Assembly (NCBI GenBank): GCA_039798785.1
Contig: JBDKFG010000029.1
Coordinates: 13,124 to 77,123, forward strand
DNA from: Verrucomicrobiota bacterium
GTDB lineage: Bacteria > Verrucomicrobiota > Lentisphaeria > Lentisphaerales > Lentisphaeraceae
Reading direction: 5' to 3'
Length of the DNA: 64,000 bases
The translations under genes were made by a program, and so were the position numbers. How positions within the stretch are numbered: position 1 is the first letter of the stretch; each line of letters begins with the position of its first letter. Shown here piece by piece: positions 28,393 through 38,087 of the stretch. Under the pieces are notes generated by a model. It did no database searches and was not told the origin of the DNA. It was given only the letters and a program-made list of their open reading frames with translations.

Positions 28393-28743
28393 CTAGAATC
28401 TCAGCCAAGTCCACAAGGATGGAAATCGGCTGAGCGGCGGATAGAGGGAGCGAAAGGACAATCGACTTGTCCTGCCATGGCAAAAGTCGTCGTATCCACC
28501 TGAGAAAGTCTCTTGCCTCTGCCCTTTGAGGTCCTGAATCGAGAACTTGATCTCCTGCCAGATCAGCGGATCGCGAAGCAAAGTTGAAGCCGCCCCGTCA
28601 ACGGGCTCGACTCGATAAGAATACCAGAACATGTCTTCGGCTGCCGGTTCAAACAAAGTGGCCAGATGTTTGCCGTCGACATAGAGATGAAAAACGGGTT
28701 GCGTCCGATCAAAACCCTCGAGCTTGAGGCTCGCTGGCCTCAC
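28393..28743 (-). CDS. Hypothetical protein
   Basis: 116-aa ORF whose GTG overlaps the upstream stop; lower GC than its neighbours. Confidence 0.5.
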   Translation of the reverse strand: MRPASLKLEGFDRTQPVFHLYVDGKHLATLFEPAAEDMFWYSYRVEPVDGAASTLLRDPLIWQEIKFSIQDLKGQRQETFSGGYDDFCHGRTSRLSFRSLYPPLSRFPSLWTWLRF

Positions 28744-29057
28744 TCCTCCGGCTCCTGCTGGAAGGCGCTCAGGGGGTAGCTCTTGCGTTCGATCAAGGGC
28801 GGCTGGCCGTGGCGGACGGTGACGCTCTGCACTTCGACTACCGCTTCGTCGCCGTCGTGGCTGATGCTCATCGCGTTGAGGCTGAGGACCTGGTCGCGGC
28901 CGGCACCGCTGCAGCTCAGGCTGGCGAAGCCGCAGGCGGGATTGTCGCCGCCGCTGACGGACACCGTCGCGGCTTCATAGCTGTCGGCATGCTGTTTCAC
29001 CGCGGCCGCCTGGAGGCGGCCGTCGGGGCCGAGATCGACGGTTGTCTTGATGGCCAT
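28740..29057 (-). CDS. Hypothetical protein
   Basis: 105-aa ORF with genome-like codon usage, co-oriented with the operon. Confidence 0.55.
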   Translation of the reverse strand: MAIKTTVDLGPDGRLQAAAVKQHADSYEAATVSVSGGDNPACGFASLSCSGAGRDQVLSLNAMSISHDGDEAVVEVQSVTVRHGQPPLIERKSYPLSAFQQEPEE

Positions 29058-29070
29058 CAGCGAGCAAGCC

Positions 29071-29200
29071 GAGGTTGAGAGGTGGAAAGTTTGAAAGCTT
29101 GAAGCGCGGGGGCATCTTCAGCCTGTGCTGGATTCGCTTCTGCCGAATTGTGGTGCTGCCTGCTCATCTTTGCTCTCCCGCTTTGCCTTTCAGGCTTTCG
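29071..29200 (-). repeat. Degenerate GGTTGAAA-array cassette
   Basis: Minus strand reads CGAAAGCCTGAAAGGCAAAGC ... CTTCAAGCTTTCAAACTTTCCACCTCTCAACC. Confidence 0.5.
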
Positions 29201-29669
29201 AGTTTTCCTCTGCGGCTTCCGCAAGGAGCTGCCCGGCCTCGGGCAGCAGACGAAGGACGCGTTCGGTGTAGCCGGGGTCTGGGCAATAGGTCGGGATGAT
29301 GGCTCCGAGGTAGCTGGCGGCGTCGCGCGACTGGTCCTTCCAGCCTTCGTAGGGCTTGCGCTCCATGAAGCGCCAGTAGCCGCGGATGAAAGCCTCGGGA
29401 GAGGCGAAAGCGCAGTAGTCGCAGCGGCCGTCGTGTGCGTCATAGCTGACTGGTTCGGCATGGCCGGCCATCTCTGTCCGCCATTTCAGGCCGGCGAAAT
29501 TGAAATGATCGCGAGCGAGAGCCGATTCTCCCCGTCCCGATTCAAGCAGCCATTGCGCCAAGGTCACCGCCTTGAGAAAGGGGAACTCGATTTCCTCTTT
29601 CGCATAGGCGGCGGCGAGGCGGCGGAGCAGCGGCGAAGGAGACGGAATTACTTCTTGCACTCTTTGCAA
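29190..29669 (-). CDS. GH73 glucosaminidase-domain protein (peptidoglycan hydrolase)
   Basis: TLAQWLLESGRGES.LA...NFAGLK and YCPDPGY motifs; start codon uncertain. Confidence 0.8.
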   Translation of the reverse strand: MQRVQEVIPSPSPLLRRLAAAYAKEEIEFPFLKAVTLAQWLLESGRGESALARDHFNFAGLKWRTEMAGHAEPVSYDAHDGRCDYCAFASPEAFIRGYWRFMERKPYEGWKDQSRDAASYLGAIIPTYCPDPGYTERVLRLLPEAGQLLAEAAEENSKA

Positions 29670-30067
29670 TCCTCGTCCTCATCCTCGCCCTCGCCCTCGT
29701 CGCCGTCGACCGGGACGCGGATGACAGTGCCGGGGCTGAGTTCTTTCAGTCCGGGATTGAAGGCTTGGATCGATTCGACCGTGGTCTCGTATTTGGCAGC
29801 GATCGACTCCAGCGTGTCGCCTGGGGCGACTTCGTGGTCGAGCACTTCAATGCGGTCATCGCACTCGTGCTTGTCTTCGCCGCTGCGGTCGATCTCGTTG
29901 TTGACGTAGAGAGGCAGGAGACCGGCGGGTGCCTTTGGGCACTTGCAGAGCGAGCCGAGGAGGCCGAATTCGTAGCGGCTGCCCTGTTCGGTGTAGGTGG
30001 TGCGGGAGTAGGTCAGCGAGCAGCTGCTGGCGAGAAGGGCGGTGAGCGCGGCGGCGATCAGTTTCAT
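29648..30067 (-). CDS. LysM-domain lipoprotein
   Basis: Lipobox ASSC; LysM HEVAPGDTLESIAAKYETTVESIQAFN..LSPGTVIRVP; acidic tail. Confidence 0.85.
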   Translation of the reverse strand: MKLIAAALTALLASSCSLTYSRTTYTEQGSRYEFGLLGSLCKCPKAPAGLLPLYVNNEIDRSGEDKHECDDRIEVLDHEVAPGDTLESIAAKYETTVESIQAFNPGLKELSPGTVIRVPVDGDEGEGEDEDEDCKECKK

Positions 30068-30088
30068 CGGGATTCTCCTGGATTGGGT

Positions 30089-32479
30089 TTACAGGCCGAC
30101 TTTGAGGTCGGCACCGGCTTTGGGGTAGGCATTGAGGTAGAGCATGAACATGAAGAGCCATTCGTCCGGGCGGACTTCGTAGCGGATGCCGCCGGTCCAG
30201 CAGTGGAGTTGGCGCTGGTATTCGATCCAGTTGGCTATGGCGCGGCCTTCCTGCAGGTCGAGCTGCGTCCCGACTTCGACGAAGTTCTCGTCCCAGAGGC
30301 GCTTGCGGAGGACGGCGCGGAGGTAGTCGCCGGCGTCGTAGCGGCGGGCCCAAGGGCTGACCAGGCCGGCCGAGTTGACGGTCGAGCCGAAGGACTGGAT
30401 GTCGCGCGATTCGAAGTCGTTGCGGCGGATCCAGTGGAAGCTGGCCTGGAGGGTGTCGACGCTGCCGACGGCGAGGCCGGCGGAGAAGAAGTTGATCCGT
30501 CCGTCGTTGGAGTCGGCGAGGATGTCGGAATCGAATTTCAGCCAGGTGCTGGGGAGGTATTCGAGGCGGGTGCCGAAGTCGCCGAAGCCTTCCTCCGACT
30601 CCTCAGCGTTGAAGTGGAAGTCGACGTAGTTGTCGAGGGTGACGAGAGTGTGGATGTTGCCGTCGCGGCGGGTTTCGAGACGCTGCTGGACGCCGCTGCG
30701 CAGCCAGTGCTGCTTGATCAGGCGGTCGTTGGCGTCGTAGTAGTGGACGTTGTCGCGGTCGCCGCTGACCACCGGGATGAAATTGTGGTTGGCGTAGGGC
30801 TGGACGACATGGCGGAGGCCGTCGACCCCGAGGGTCTTGTTGTAGGCGTCCATCCAGGAGTTGTAGAACTTGGTGGAGGCTTCGTAGCCGAGCTCGATCG
30901 CGCCGCGGGTGAGGGAGCCGCCTTCGCTGTCGTAGTTGTTGAGGGCGAGGCTGGGTTCGCGGAAGGGGTCGTTGGCGGCGAAGAGGCTGGAGAGCTGCTC
31001 GCCGGAGACCTCCTTGTCGGAGCTGTCGGAGTAGTGCTGGATGCGGAAGCCGGCGCGGGGCACCCATTTGAGGCCGAGGGCTTCGAATTCGGAGTAGAGG
31101 ACGTGGGCGGTGTCGAGGCGGGTGCTTTCGTAGTCGGCCAGCTCCTTGTCGGCGGCGACCGGCTTGTCGAACTGGCGCCAGCGGGCGCGGAGTTCGGCGA
31201 CGCTGTTGCGGCTGGTGTAGAGGAAGGGCGAATCGCCGAGGCGGAGGCGGGGCAGGTCGAAGCGGAGTTCGGGGACGCGTTCGACCGCCGATTCCCAGCG
31301 GGCGAGGCGGGGGGAGGCATTGAGCGACAGGGCCCAGTCCGGGGTCATGTATTCGAGGTCGCCGTAGTTGACGGCGGATTCGTAATCGCGGCGGGTGTTG
31401 AGCATGCGGAAGTCGCGGCGGAAGGCGATGTCGCTCTCGGCGTCGAGGTGGAGGCGCCAGTTGAGCTCGGGGGTCATTTCGTACTTTTGGAAGGCCTCGG
31501 CGTTCCAGCGGCCGTCGTCGTCGTTGTCGCGGGAGAAGCGGCCGTACCAGTCGCCGGAGCCTTTCATTTCCCCATAGGGCAGCCAGTAGCCCTGAGCCTT
31601 GGTGAAATGCTTGGGAGATTCGAGATCGAGACGGACGCCGCCGCCGGGGCCCTGCTTGAGGAAGTAGCCGCTGTCGACGAAGGCCGTGCCTTTGAGGTCG
31701 CCTTTGCGCCAGAGCTTGAATTTGCGGCTGACGGTGATGAAGGGGCCGGTGCGGCTGGCCATGCCGCCGCGGACGATGAAGTCGCCGTCGCTGACGTCGA
31801 GGTCGCTGGTCACCCAGGGCAGGTAGAAGAAGGGGACGCTGCCGGCGTAGAACTTGACGCCATAGGCGGTGATATCGCCTTCCTGGCTGATGACGAGGCG
31901 CTCGGCGACGAGGCGGTAGTGGGTGGGCAGGCCTTTGCAGAGGTGGTCGCAGGTGGTGAGGACGACGCCGCGCGCCTCCATGGCGCCGCTGGGAAGGGTC
32001 TGGGCTTCCGCGCCGAGGCTGTACCAGGGGGTGGCGTTGATGGCGTTGGCGCCGACCCGGAAGAGTCGGGTGCGGAGATTGCCGGAGGCCTCTTCGGCTT
32101 TGACTTCGAATTCCTGCGGAACCGCGACGCCCTGGCCGTTGAGCTTCGTGGCTTCGGCGGCGAAGGCCCGGCCCTTGGCGACGATCTTGCCGCGGGCGAC
32201 GAACTCGAGGCTTTCGGTGTCGATCTCGGCGTAGTCGCAGGAGATCCTGCCTTGGGGAGTGGTGATCAGGACGCCGCCGCGGAGGACGAAGCGCCGGGTC
32301 TTGATCTGGTATTCCGAGTGGGCGGCGCTGAGCTGGACGCCGGCGGCGTCGAGAGCGGAGGGGGCGCTGGCTTCATCGCTGCCGGCTTGGACGGGCCCCG
32401 AGATGACGGGTTCGGCGGCCTGGGCGGCGGAGGCGATTCCGGCGGCCAGGAGGACGGACATGAAACGGCGCAGAAGCAT
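30089..32479 (-). CDS. lptD: LPS-assembly outer-membrane protein LptD-like
   Basis: Signal peptide; N-terminal beta-jellyroll with LTTCD..HY; VPFFYLPW; ERVPEL; LRHVVQPY; LHCW near the C-terminal beta-strands. Confidence 0.8.
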   Translation of the reverse strand: MLLRRFMSVLLAAGIASAAQAAEPVISGPVQAGSDEASAPSALDAAGVQLSAAHSEYQIKTRRFVLRGGVLITTPQGRISCDYAEIDTESLEFVARGKIVAKGRAFAAEATKLNGQGVAVPQEFEVKAEEASGNLRTRLFRVGANAINATPWYSLGAEAQTLPSGAMEARGVVLTTCDHLCKGLPTHYRLVAERLVISQEGDITAYGVKFYAGSVPFFYLPWVTSDLDVSDGDFIVRGGMASRTGPFITVSRKFKLWRKGDLKGTAFVDSGYFLKQGPGGGVRLDLESPKHFTKAQGYWLPYGEMKGSGDWYGRFSRDNDDDGRWNAEAFQKYEMTPELNWRLHLDAESDIAFRRDFRMLNTRRDYESAVNYGDLEYMTPDWALSLNASPRLARWESAVERVPELRFDLPRLRLGDSPFLYTSRNSVAELRARWRQFDKPVAADKELADYESTRLDTAHVLYSEFEALGLKWVPRAGFRIQHYSDSSDKEVSGEQLSSLFAANDPFREPSLALNNYDSEGGSLTRGAIELGYEASTKFYNSWMDAYNKTLGVDGLRHVVQPYANHNFIPVVSGDRDNVHYYDANDRLIKQHWLRSGVQQRLETRRDGNIHTLVTLDNYVDFHFNAEESEEGFGDFGTRLEYLPSTWLKFDSDILADSNDGRINFFSAGLAVGSVDTLQASFHWIRRNDFESRDIQSFGSTVNSAGLVSPWARRYDAGDYLRAVLRKRLWDENFVEVGTQLDLQEGRAIANWIEYQRQLHCWTGGIRYEVRPDEWLFMFMLYLNAYPKAGADLKVGL

Positions 32480-32621
32480 GGGGATGGATTCCGGAATATT
32501 GATGAGGCGGGATTCCGGCAAGATAGTGGAGCGCCTTGCTTTGCCAAGCTAGACCGGGGGCGAGCAGGTGGCTTCCTAGTGCAAAACACCACGATTTCCT
32601 TCCGCCGGCGGGATTTGGACG

Positions 32622-32870
32622 TCAAAGTCCTTCCGCCGCCGCTTCGGCCGGGGTCAGGGTGCGGAGTCCGAGGGCGTGGACGCGGTCGGAGCCGAGGGCC
32701 TCCTTCAAGGGCGCGGTGACCAGGCGGTGCCGCTTCAGCAAGGGCAGGCCCTCGAACTGGCTGGCGATCACCAAGGCGCTGAAATGACGGCCGTCCGGGT
32801 CGTCGACGACGATGCGGGCGCCGGGCAGGGCCAAACGGATGCTCTCTTCGATCTCTTGGCGGGGATTCAT
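32622..32870 (-). CDS. BolA/IbaG family protein
   Basis: DGRHFSALVIASQFEGLPLLKRHRLV..L..RVHAL.LRT.TP. Confidence 0.9.
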   Translation of the reverse strand: MNPRQEIEESIRLALPGARIVVDDPDGRHFSALVIASQFEGLPLLKRHRLVTAPLKEALGSDRVHALGLRTLTPAEAAAEGL

Positions 32871-33031
32871 GCGGGTCTTCCTCATTTCGACGGGCAAAGG
32901 TATCCCGCTTTGCGGCAGGCGCATCAGCGAAGACGGACAAAGGCCTCCTGTCATAAATTTGCATTTGGCCGCCCTCCGGGCCTAGAATGGAATCAGGCCG
33001 AATTTCGCCAACATCACTCCGGAGGATCCCG

Positions 33032-34162
33032 ATGCTGATTTCATCTCTCGTTGTGTCGCTGCTGCTGCAAAGCGAAAATCCGGTCGCGGCGGAGGGTCAG
33101 TGGTCGTCGCCGAAGACCGGCGCCTTGGGGCAAGGCGAGAGCGCCTTGCCGGTGCAAGGTCCCTTCGGCCCCGGCTGCCAGACCTTGAGTTTCAAGGAAC
33201 TGCCCAAGCACCAGGCCTTGAAGCTGGAATTCACCCTTCATCTCACCGGCGGCTGGGATGGCGTCGGCCCTTGGGGACCCGACCGCTGGGTCTGCGGCCT
33301 GAAGGGCGGCGGACTCTTCCTCGATACCACTTTCAACAACTGCTTCCAGGTGTGGAGCGACAACATCAACCAGAGTTTCCCGGAGTCCTATTTCCTCGAA
33401 GCGCAGGAGGACTGCGCCCGCCTGCCGCCGAAGGGACTGCTGCCTTGTTCCGGCGGCACCGGCGCCAGCGCCTTCGGCCGCTTCGGGCCGCGAATCCACG
33501 GCAAGACCGCCGACAGCTCCTACACCTTCTCCTTCATCGTGCGACATGACGCCGCGACGGCGGAATTCCTCTTCCACAGCCTCTGCGAAGACCCGATCCC
33601 CGACGAGCAATGGTGGCTCGGCGCGGTGAAGGTGACGCCGCTGGCCGAAGTGCCCGGCTTCACCCCGGCCGAGGCCGAAGGCGCCTGGTCCGCGATCTTC
33701 AGCGGCGACGCCCATCAATCCTTCCGCAGCCAGCAGTTTTTCATCACTCATCCCGAGGAGCTCTTGCGCCGGGCCAAGCTCTTCGCGACCGGCAGCGCCG
33801 AGTACGGCCGCAGCCGCCTCGCCCTGACGAGCGCGGCGGTGCCGCCCGACGGGCTGCGGCGCCCGGTCGAAACCAGCGACGCCGGCCGCAGCTCCCTCGC
33901 CGCCTGGCGAGAACTGTCGATGCTGAGCTGTCGCAACGAAGTCACCCAGGCCGCCTTGAAGGAGACGGATCTGCCGCTTGAGCGCCAGCTCTGGCTCCGG
34001 ACTTTGCGCAGCCAGTTGAACCTGGGCGCGCCGCAGGAGCTCGCCCTCTTGCGCCTCCAGGCCCAGCTCCGCCAACAGGGCTCGGCCGAGGCCCTTAGCC
34101 TGGCCGATGCGGTGAAAGACAAGATTCAAGCGCTGCGCCGGAGCGAAGACAGCGACGATTGA
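33032..34162 (+). CDS. Exported hypothetical protein
   Basis: GGAGG RBS and signal-like N-terminus; beta-rich N-domain (LHLTGGWDG..GPDRW..LDTTFNN) followed by a helical C-terminus. Confidence 0.6.
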   Translation: MLISSLVVSLLLQSENPVAAEGQWSSPKTGALGQGESALPVQGPFGPGCQTLSFKELPKHQALKLEFTLHLTGGWDGVGPWGPDRWVCGLKGGGLFLDTTFNNCFQVWSDNINQSFPESYFLEAQEDCARLPPKGLLPCSGGTGASAFGRFGPRIHGKTADSSYTFSFIVRHDAATAEFLFHSLCEDPIPDEQWWLGAVKVTPLAEVPGFTPAEAEGAWSAIFSGDAHQSFRSQQFFITHPEELLRRAKLFATGSAEYGRSRLALTSAAVPPDGLRRPVETSDAGRSSLAAWRELSMLSCRNEVTQAALKETDLPLERQLWLRTLRSQLNLGAPQELALLRLQAQLRQQGSAEALSLADAVKDKIQALRRSEDSDD

Positions 34163-34169
34163 GTGAAGC

Positions 34170-34217
34170 AGGTTGAAAGGCAAGCATTCGACCCATTCAT
34201 TTTCCACCTTCAAACCC
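34170..34217 (+). repeat. Minimal GGTTGAAA cassette
   Basis: AGGTTGAAAGGCAAGC ... TTTCCACCTTCAAACC. Confidence 0.55.
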
Positions 34218-34228
34218 GGAGCTCCCCC

Positions 34229-35089
34229 ATGTCCCTCCTTTTCAGCCTCCTTGTCGTCGCGGCCGAGCCGGCGCCGCTGCCCGATTTCCCCAAGGTCCTG
34301 CCGGCGGATTTCCCCCGCCAGCCCAGCTACAATCTCCGCGGTGAGGGCGATCTCTACCGCGGCACCCGGATCGGCTTCACCTATCCCGACCCGGTCCGCA
34401 ACGCCGAATTCTTCCGCCAAGCCATCGCCTTCAAGCTCGAAGCCCGCTACGAGCCGGTCTTCGTCGCGCTGAAAATCGACAGCCGCCGCCGTCAGGAAAT
34501 CCTCCCCGCCATCCTCGATCATGAACTGGCCTTGACCCTGGCGGCTTTGGAGCGCTATACCATCATGCGCCTGCCTTTGAGGCAGTGGCCAAAATCTCCG
34601 GCATTCGAGATCGAGGAGGAGCGTTTCCGCAGCTTCTATAAAGCCGAGGCTGAACGCTTGCGCCAGCGCCTCGGCAATCTGGCGCCGGAATTCGTCAGCC
34701 GCTGGCGTCAACACCAGATCTTGACTCGGATCAGCCAACAGGAAGAAGATAAGTCCATCGGGATCAGCGATCCCGCCTGGTTGCGCCTGGCGCAAATCAC
34801 GGGCGAGGCGGCAGAGAAAGCCCAGGGTCAACAAAAGGTCTTTTTCCAGGAATTGAATGACCGGCTGACGGCGGCGAATTTCACCGATGCGGAAAAACGA
34901 AAACTCGCCAAGTTCCTCAAGCCGAAAGAAGAGCCCAAATCCGATCCGAATCAGAAAGGTTTTGTCCTGATGCGGATCGAAGGTCAAGAAGCGCTTTACT
35001 ACGCCTGCAATCGCTTGGAAATCTCCGCTTATGGCACCGGCTACGATCCTGAAATCGAACTCTACCCCCGTCACCAGGAGGCCCAGTGA
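34229..35089 (+). CDS. Exported hypothetical protein
   Basis: MSLLFSLLVVAAE start after GGAG; the ORF-track start at 34163 lies in repeat DNA. Confidence 0.55.
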   Translation: MSLLFSLLVVAAEPAPLPDFPKVLPADFPRQPSYNLRGEGDLYRGTRIGFTYPDPVRNAEFFRQAIAFKLEARYEPVFVALKIDSRRRQEILPAILDHELALTLAALERYTIMRLPLRQWPKSPAFEIEEERFRSFYKAEAERLRQRLGNLAPEFVSRWRQHQILTRISQQEEDKSIGISDPAWLRLAQITGEAAEKAQGQQKVFFQELNDRLTAANFTDAEKRKLAKFLKPKEEPKSDPNQKGFVLMRIEGQEALYYACNRLEISAYGTGYDPEIELYPRHQEAQ

Positions 35090-36450
35090 TGCGTATCCCC
35101 TCGGTCCTTTTCGGCCTGATGCTGGCCGCTTCTCTGCCGCTTCACGCCCAAGGGCCGGAGAAGGTCGACGTCAAGAAGATCAAGAAGGGCGATCTGGTGC
35201 CGGAGATCAGCGCCCGCGACTTGGCGGGCCAGGAAACCCGCTTGAGCCAGCAACAAGGCAAGCCGGTGCTGCTGATCTTCTCCAGCACCACCTGCGGCCC
35301 CTGCCTCGCCGAGCTGCCGCAAATGGCCAAGATGATCGAGAAATGGAAGAGCCGCGGCCTGGTCGCGATCAACATCATGCACGACAAGGATCCGGCCCAA
35401 GTGAAAACCTATCTGAGCAAGCACCCGGAGCTGAGCTGGCCTTGCTGGATCGCGTCGACAGGCGGCTGGAACGATCCAGCCTTCCGCGCCTTCTCGGTCC
35501 GCGGCATCCCCTCGCACGCCTTCATCGATCCCGACGGGCGGGTGATCTGCGGCGACCTCAATGGCGCCGCTCTGGAAGCGGCCATGGAGGAATATTTCGA
35601 CGGCAAAATCGCGCCGCCCAAGCTCGATCTTCAGATGACTGAGCTGCAGCAGGCCCTGGCCGGAGAAGACAAGGCTCGCCTGCGCAAGGCGATGAGCTTC
35701 CTCGCCGAGAAGGAGGTCGACGGCCACGCCTTCAACTTCGTCCTGCAGCAACATCTCCGCCAGAGCCCGCGCCGCCATCCCCTCGAGTGCCTCCTCGCCT
35801 GGCACGACTTCTCGGAAACCACCGTCCGCGCCATCTACGACAACGACAAGCCGCTGGAGACCGAAGTCCTCCTCGCCCACGCCGCCTACGACATCCAGGC
35901 CTGGGCCGCCGGCGACGCCCTGATCGCCCACTGCAACGGGATTATCCACTGGCAGGAAAAAGCGGGCGAATTCAGCCCTGACCCCGAGGCCTTGCTGCTC
36001 GTGAAGCGCCGACGCGCCCTCTTGCTGCAAGACGCGGCGGGGCAAGCCACTCTCCTCGACATGGCCCGGCGCGACAGCCGGCGCGAGGTGCAGGAGGCGA
36101 CCTTGAAGGACTTCGCGGCCCTGTCCGCGGCCGAGCTGGCGCCTCTGCGCGACTGGTTGAGCTGGCAGGAGGGAGCCGATCCGGCGAGCTTCGTCCAGGA
36201 GGGGAAAAGTGTCGTCTTCCGCTACCAGGCCGAGGCCACGCCCTTCGCCAACGCCTTGAAGTTCTCGGTGCTGGTCCAAGTCGACGAGTCGCAGGAATTT
36301 CCTCTGGAGATGCGCCACGACGGCAGCCGCAGCCGCTGGAAGCTCGACTGGATCCCTCCCGCCGGAAGCCAGATCCTGAGGCTGAAATTCGTCGACGAGA
36401 CCGGGCGTTGCGACAACCGCAAGCGTCAGCTCAAGCTCAAGACGAATTGA
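35086..36450 (+). CDS. TlpA-like thioredoxin/redoxin protein with a C-terminal extension
   Basis: GKPVLLIFSSTTCGPCLAELP and VRGIPSHAFIDPDG motifs; signal peptide. Confidence 0.8.
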   Translation: MMRIPSVLFGLMLAASLPLHAQGPEKVDVKKIKKGDLVPEISARDLAGQETRLSQQQGKPVLLIFSSTTCGPCLAELPQMAKMIEKWKSRGLVAINIMHDKDPAQVKTYLSKHPELSWPCWIASTGGWNDPAFRAFSVRGIPSHAFIDPDGRVICGDLNGAALEAAMEEYFDGKIAPPKLDLQMTELQQALAGEDKARLRKAMSFLAEKEVDGHAFNFVLQQHLRQSPRRHPLECLLAWHDFSETTVRAIYDNDKPLETEVLLAHAAYDIQAWAAGDALIAHCNGIIHWQEKAGEFSPDPEALLLVKRRRALLLQDAAGQATLLDMARRDSRREVQEATLKDFAALSAAELAPLRDWLSWQEGADPASFVQEGKSVVFRYQAEATPFANALKFSVLVQVDESQEFPLEMRHDGSRSRWKLDWIPPAGSQILRLKFVDETGRCDNRKRQLKLKTN

Positions 36451-36480
36451 ACCTACGGAGTCAAGTTCAACAGCTCCGCC

Positions 36481-37914
36481 TCACTTCTCCCAGAAGCTGC
36501 CTTCGTCCTGGATCTGGCGGATGCGCTGCTCGAGGACTTGCTTCAGTTCGGCAACCTTGGCCGGCTCGGTCGCGGCGCGGTTGAAACGTTCCCCGAGGTC
36601 GTGCTCGAGCTGGAAGAGCAGCGGCGCTTGCGGGCTGGCCTTGAAACCGCCGTCGGCATCCTTGTGCTGCTGCATGATTCCGGTCATCAGTTTCCACGGC
36701 CCCTGGCGGATGGCGATGGGCTGGTTCTTGCTATCGGGATAGGTCAGGACGAAGTCGGCCGGGGCCTTGCCGCCGAGGGTCGGGGCGAGGAGCTGGCGGA
36801 TGTCGCGGCCATCGATGCTGCGCCCTTCCGGCAGAGGCTGGCCGGAGATGGCGAAGACGGTCGGGAGGACGTCGAGCAGGCTGGCCGGTTCGAGCGAGCG
36901 TTGGGCGGGAATGGTGCCGGGCCAGTAGAAGAGCCCGGGAACCCGGCAGCCGCCCTCCCAGTTCGAGCCTTTGCTGTTGCGGAAGGGCGCGGCATAGCCG
37001 ACGTTCAGCCCTTCCTTGGCGTCGTTCATGAAGCGCAGCCAGGGGCCGTTGTCGGAGGAGAAGACGATCAAGGTGTTTTGCGCGATCCCTTCCTCCTCCA
37101 AGGTTTTGAGGATGCTGCCGACGCAGGCGTCGGTCTCGGCCATGACGTCGCCGAAGAGGCCGCGGCGCGACTTGCCCTTGAATTCAGGGCTGGTGAAAAG
37201 CCCGAGGTGGGGCTGGTTGAGCGCGACGTAGGCGAAAAACGGCTGCTCGCGCTTGGCTCGGATGAAGGCGAGGGCGGCTTCGGTGTAGCGCTGCGTCAGG
37301 CTGTCGGTGATCTCCTGATGCTTGGGGAGATCCTTGGCGATGATGCGATAGCCGGCGCAGGGCTCGGTGCCGGCCGGGTCGCTGGCCAGCAGCATCGAGT
37401 TGCCGTAGTCGTGGCTGACGTTGGTGCCGATCCAGGAATCGAAGCCGTGGGCCAAGGGCAGGGCATCGGGGCTGAAGGCATTCTTGGCGTTGGGATTGCC
37501 GAGGTGCCATTTGCCGAACATCCCGGTGGCGTAGCCGCGCGCCTTGAGGCCTTCGGCGAGGGTGGTTTCGCGGGAGTGGAGGTGGCGCTGACTCTCGGGG
37601 CCGATGACATAGCTGCCGAGGCCGGAACGTCCCGGGACGCGACCGGTGAGGAGCGAATAACGCGAGGCGCTGCAGGCGGGCGAAGCGGTGTAGAACTGGG
37701 TGAAGGAGGCGCCTTGATGGGCGAGGCGGGCGATCTGCGGGGTCGATGCCGTCGGATTGCCGTTGTGCTCGAAATCGCCGTAACCGGCGTCATCGAGCAG
37801 GATGACGACGACATTCGGACGATCGAGCGCCGGGCGCGGCGCGGCCTGGACCGGAGCCTCGGCGGCGGTAAGAGCGAGGGGCAGGAGAAGAAGGGCGAGA
37901 AGCGGACGGATCAT
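36481..37914 (-). CDS. Formylglycine-dependent (S1) sulfatase
   Basis: RPNVVVILLDDAGYGD, CSASRYSLLTGR, GKWHLG and SSDNGP motifs; signal peptide. Confidence 0.93.
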   Translation of the reverse strand: MIRPLLALLLLPLALTAAEAPVQAAPRPALDRPNVVVILLDDAGYGDFEHNGNPTASTPQIARLAHQGASFTQFYTASPACSASRYSLLTGRVPGRSGLGSYVIGPESQRHLHSRETTLAEGLKARGYATGMFGKWHLGNPNAKNAFSPDALPLAHGFDSWIGTNVSHDYGNSMLLASDPAGTEPCAGYRIIAKDLPKHQEITDSLTQRYTEAALAFIRAKREQPFFAYVALNQPHLGLFTSPEFKGKSRRGLFGDVMAETDACVGSILKTLEEEGIAQNTLIVFSSDNGPWLRFMNDAKEGLNVGYAAPFRNSKGSNWEGGCRVPGLFYWPGTIPAQRSLEPASLLDVLPTVFAISGQPLPEGRSIDGRDIRQLLAPTLGGKAPADFVLTYPDSKNQPIAIRQGPWKLMTGIMQQHKDADGGFKASPQAPLLFQLEHDLGERFNRAATEPAKVAELKQVLEQRIRQIQDEGSFWEK

Positions 37915-37950
37915 GGCTGGGGGGTTCCTGTAGGGAGGAGCTCATTTTTA

Positions 37951-38062
37951 ACCACGAAATACATGAAATACACGAAAAAACATGCTTAGGGGAGAGGGGC
38001 GGGAGAATGTGCGCGGGTTCTACATCCTCCTGCTCTCTCGTTCATTTCGTGTATTTCGTGGT
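37951..38062. repeat. Inverted pair of 9-mer (CACGAAATA) tandem arrays
   Basis: ACCACGAAATACATGAAATACACGAAA at 37951-37977 versus TCTCGTTCATTTCGTGTATTTCGTGGT at 38036-38062. Confidence 0.85.
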
Positions 38063-38087
38063 GAAAATGCGTTGTGTTGTTTCGATC

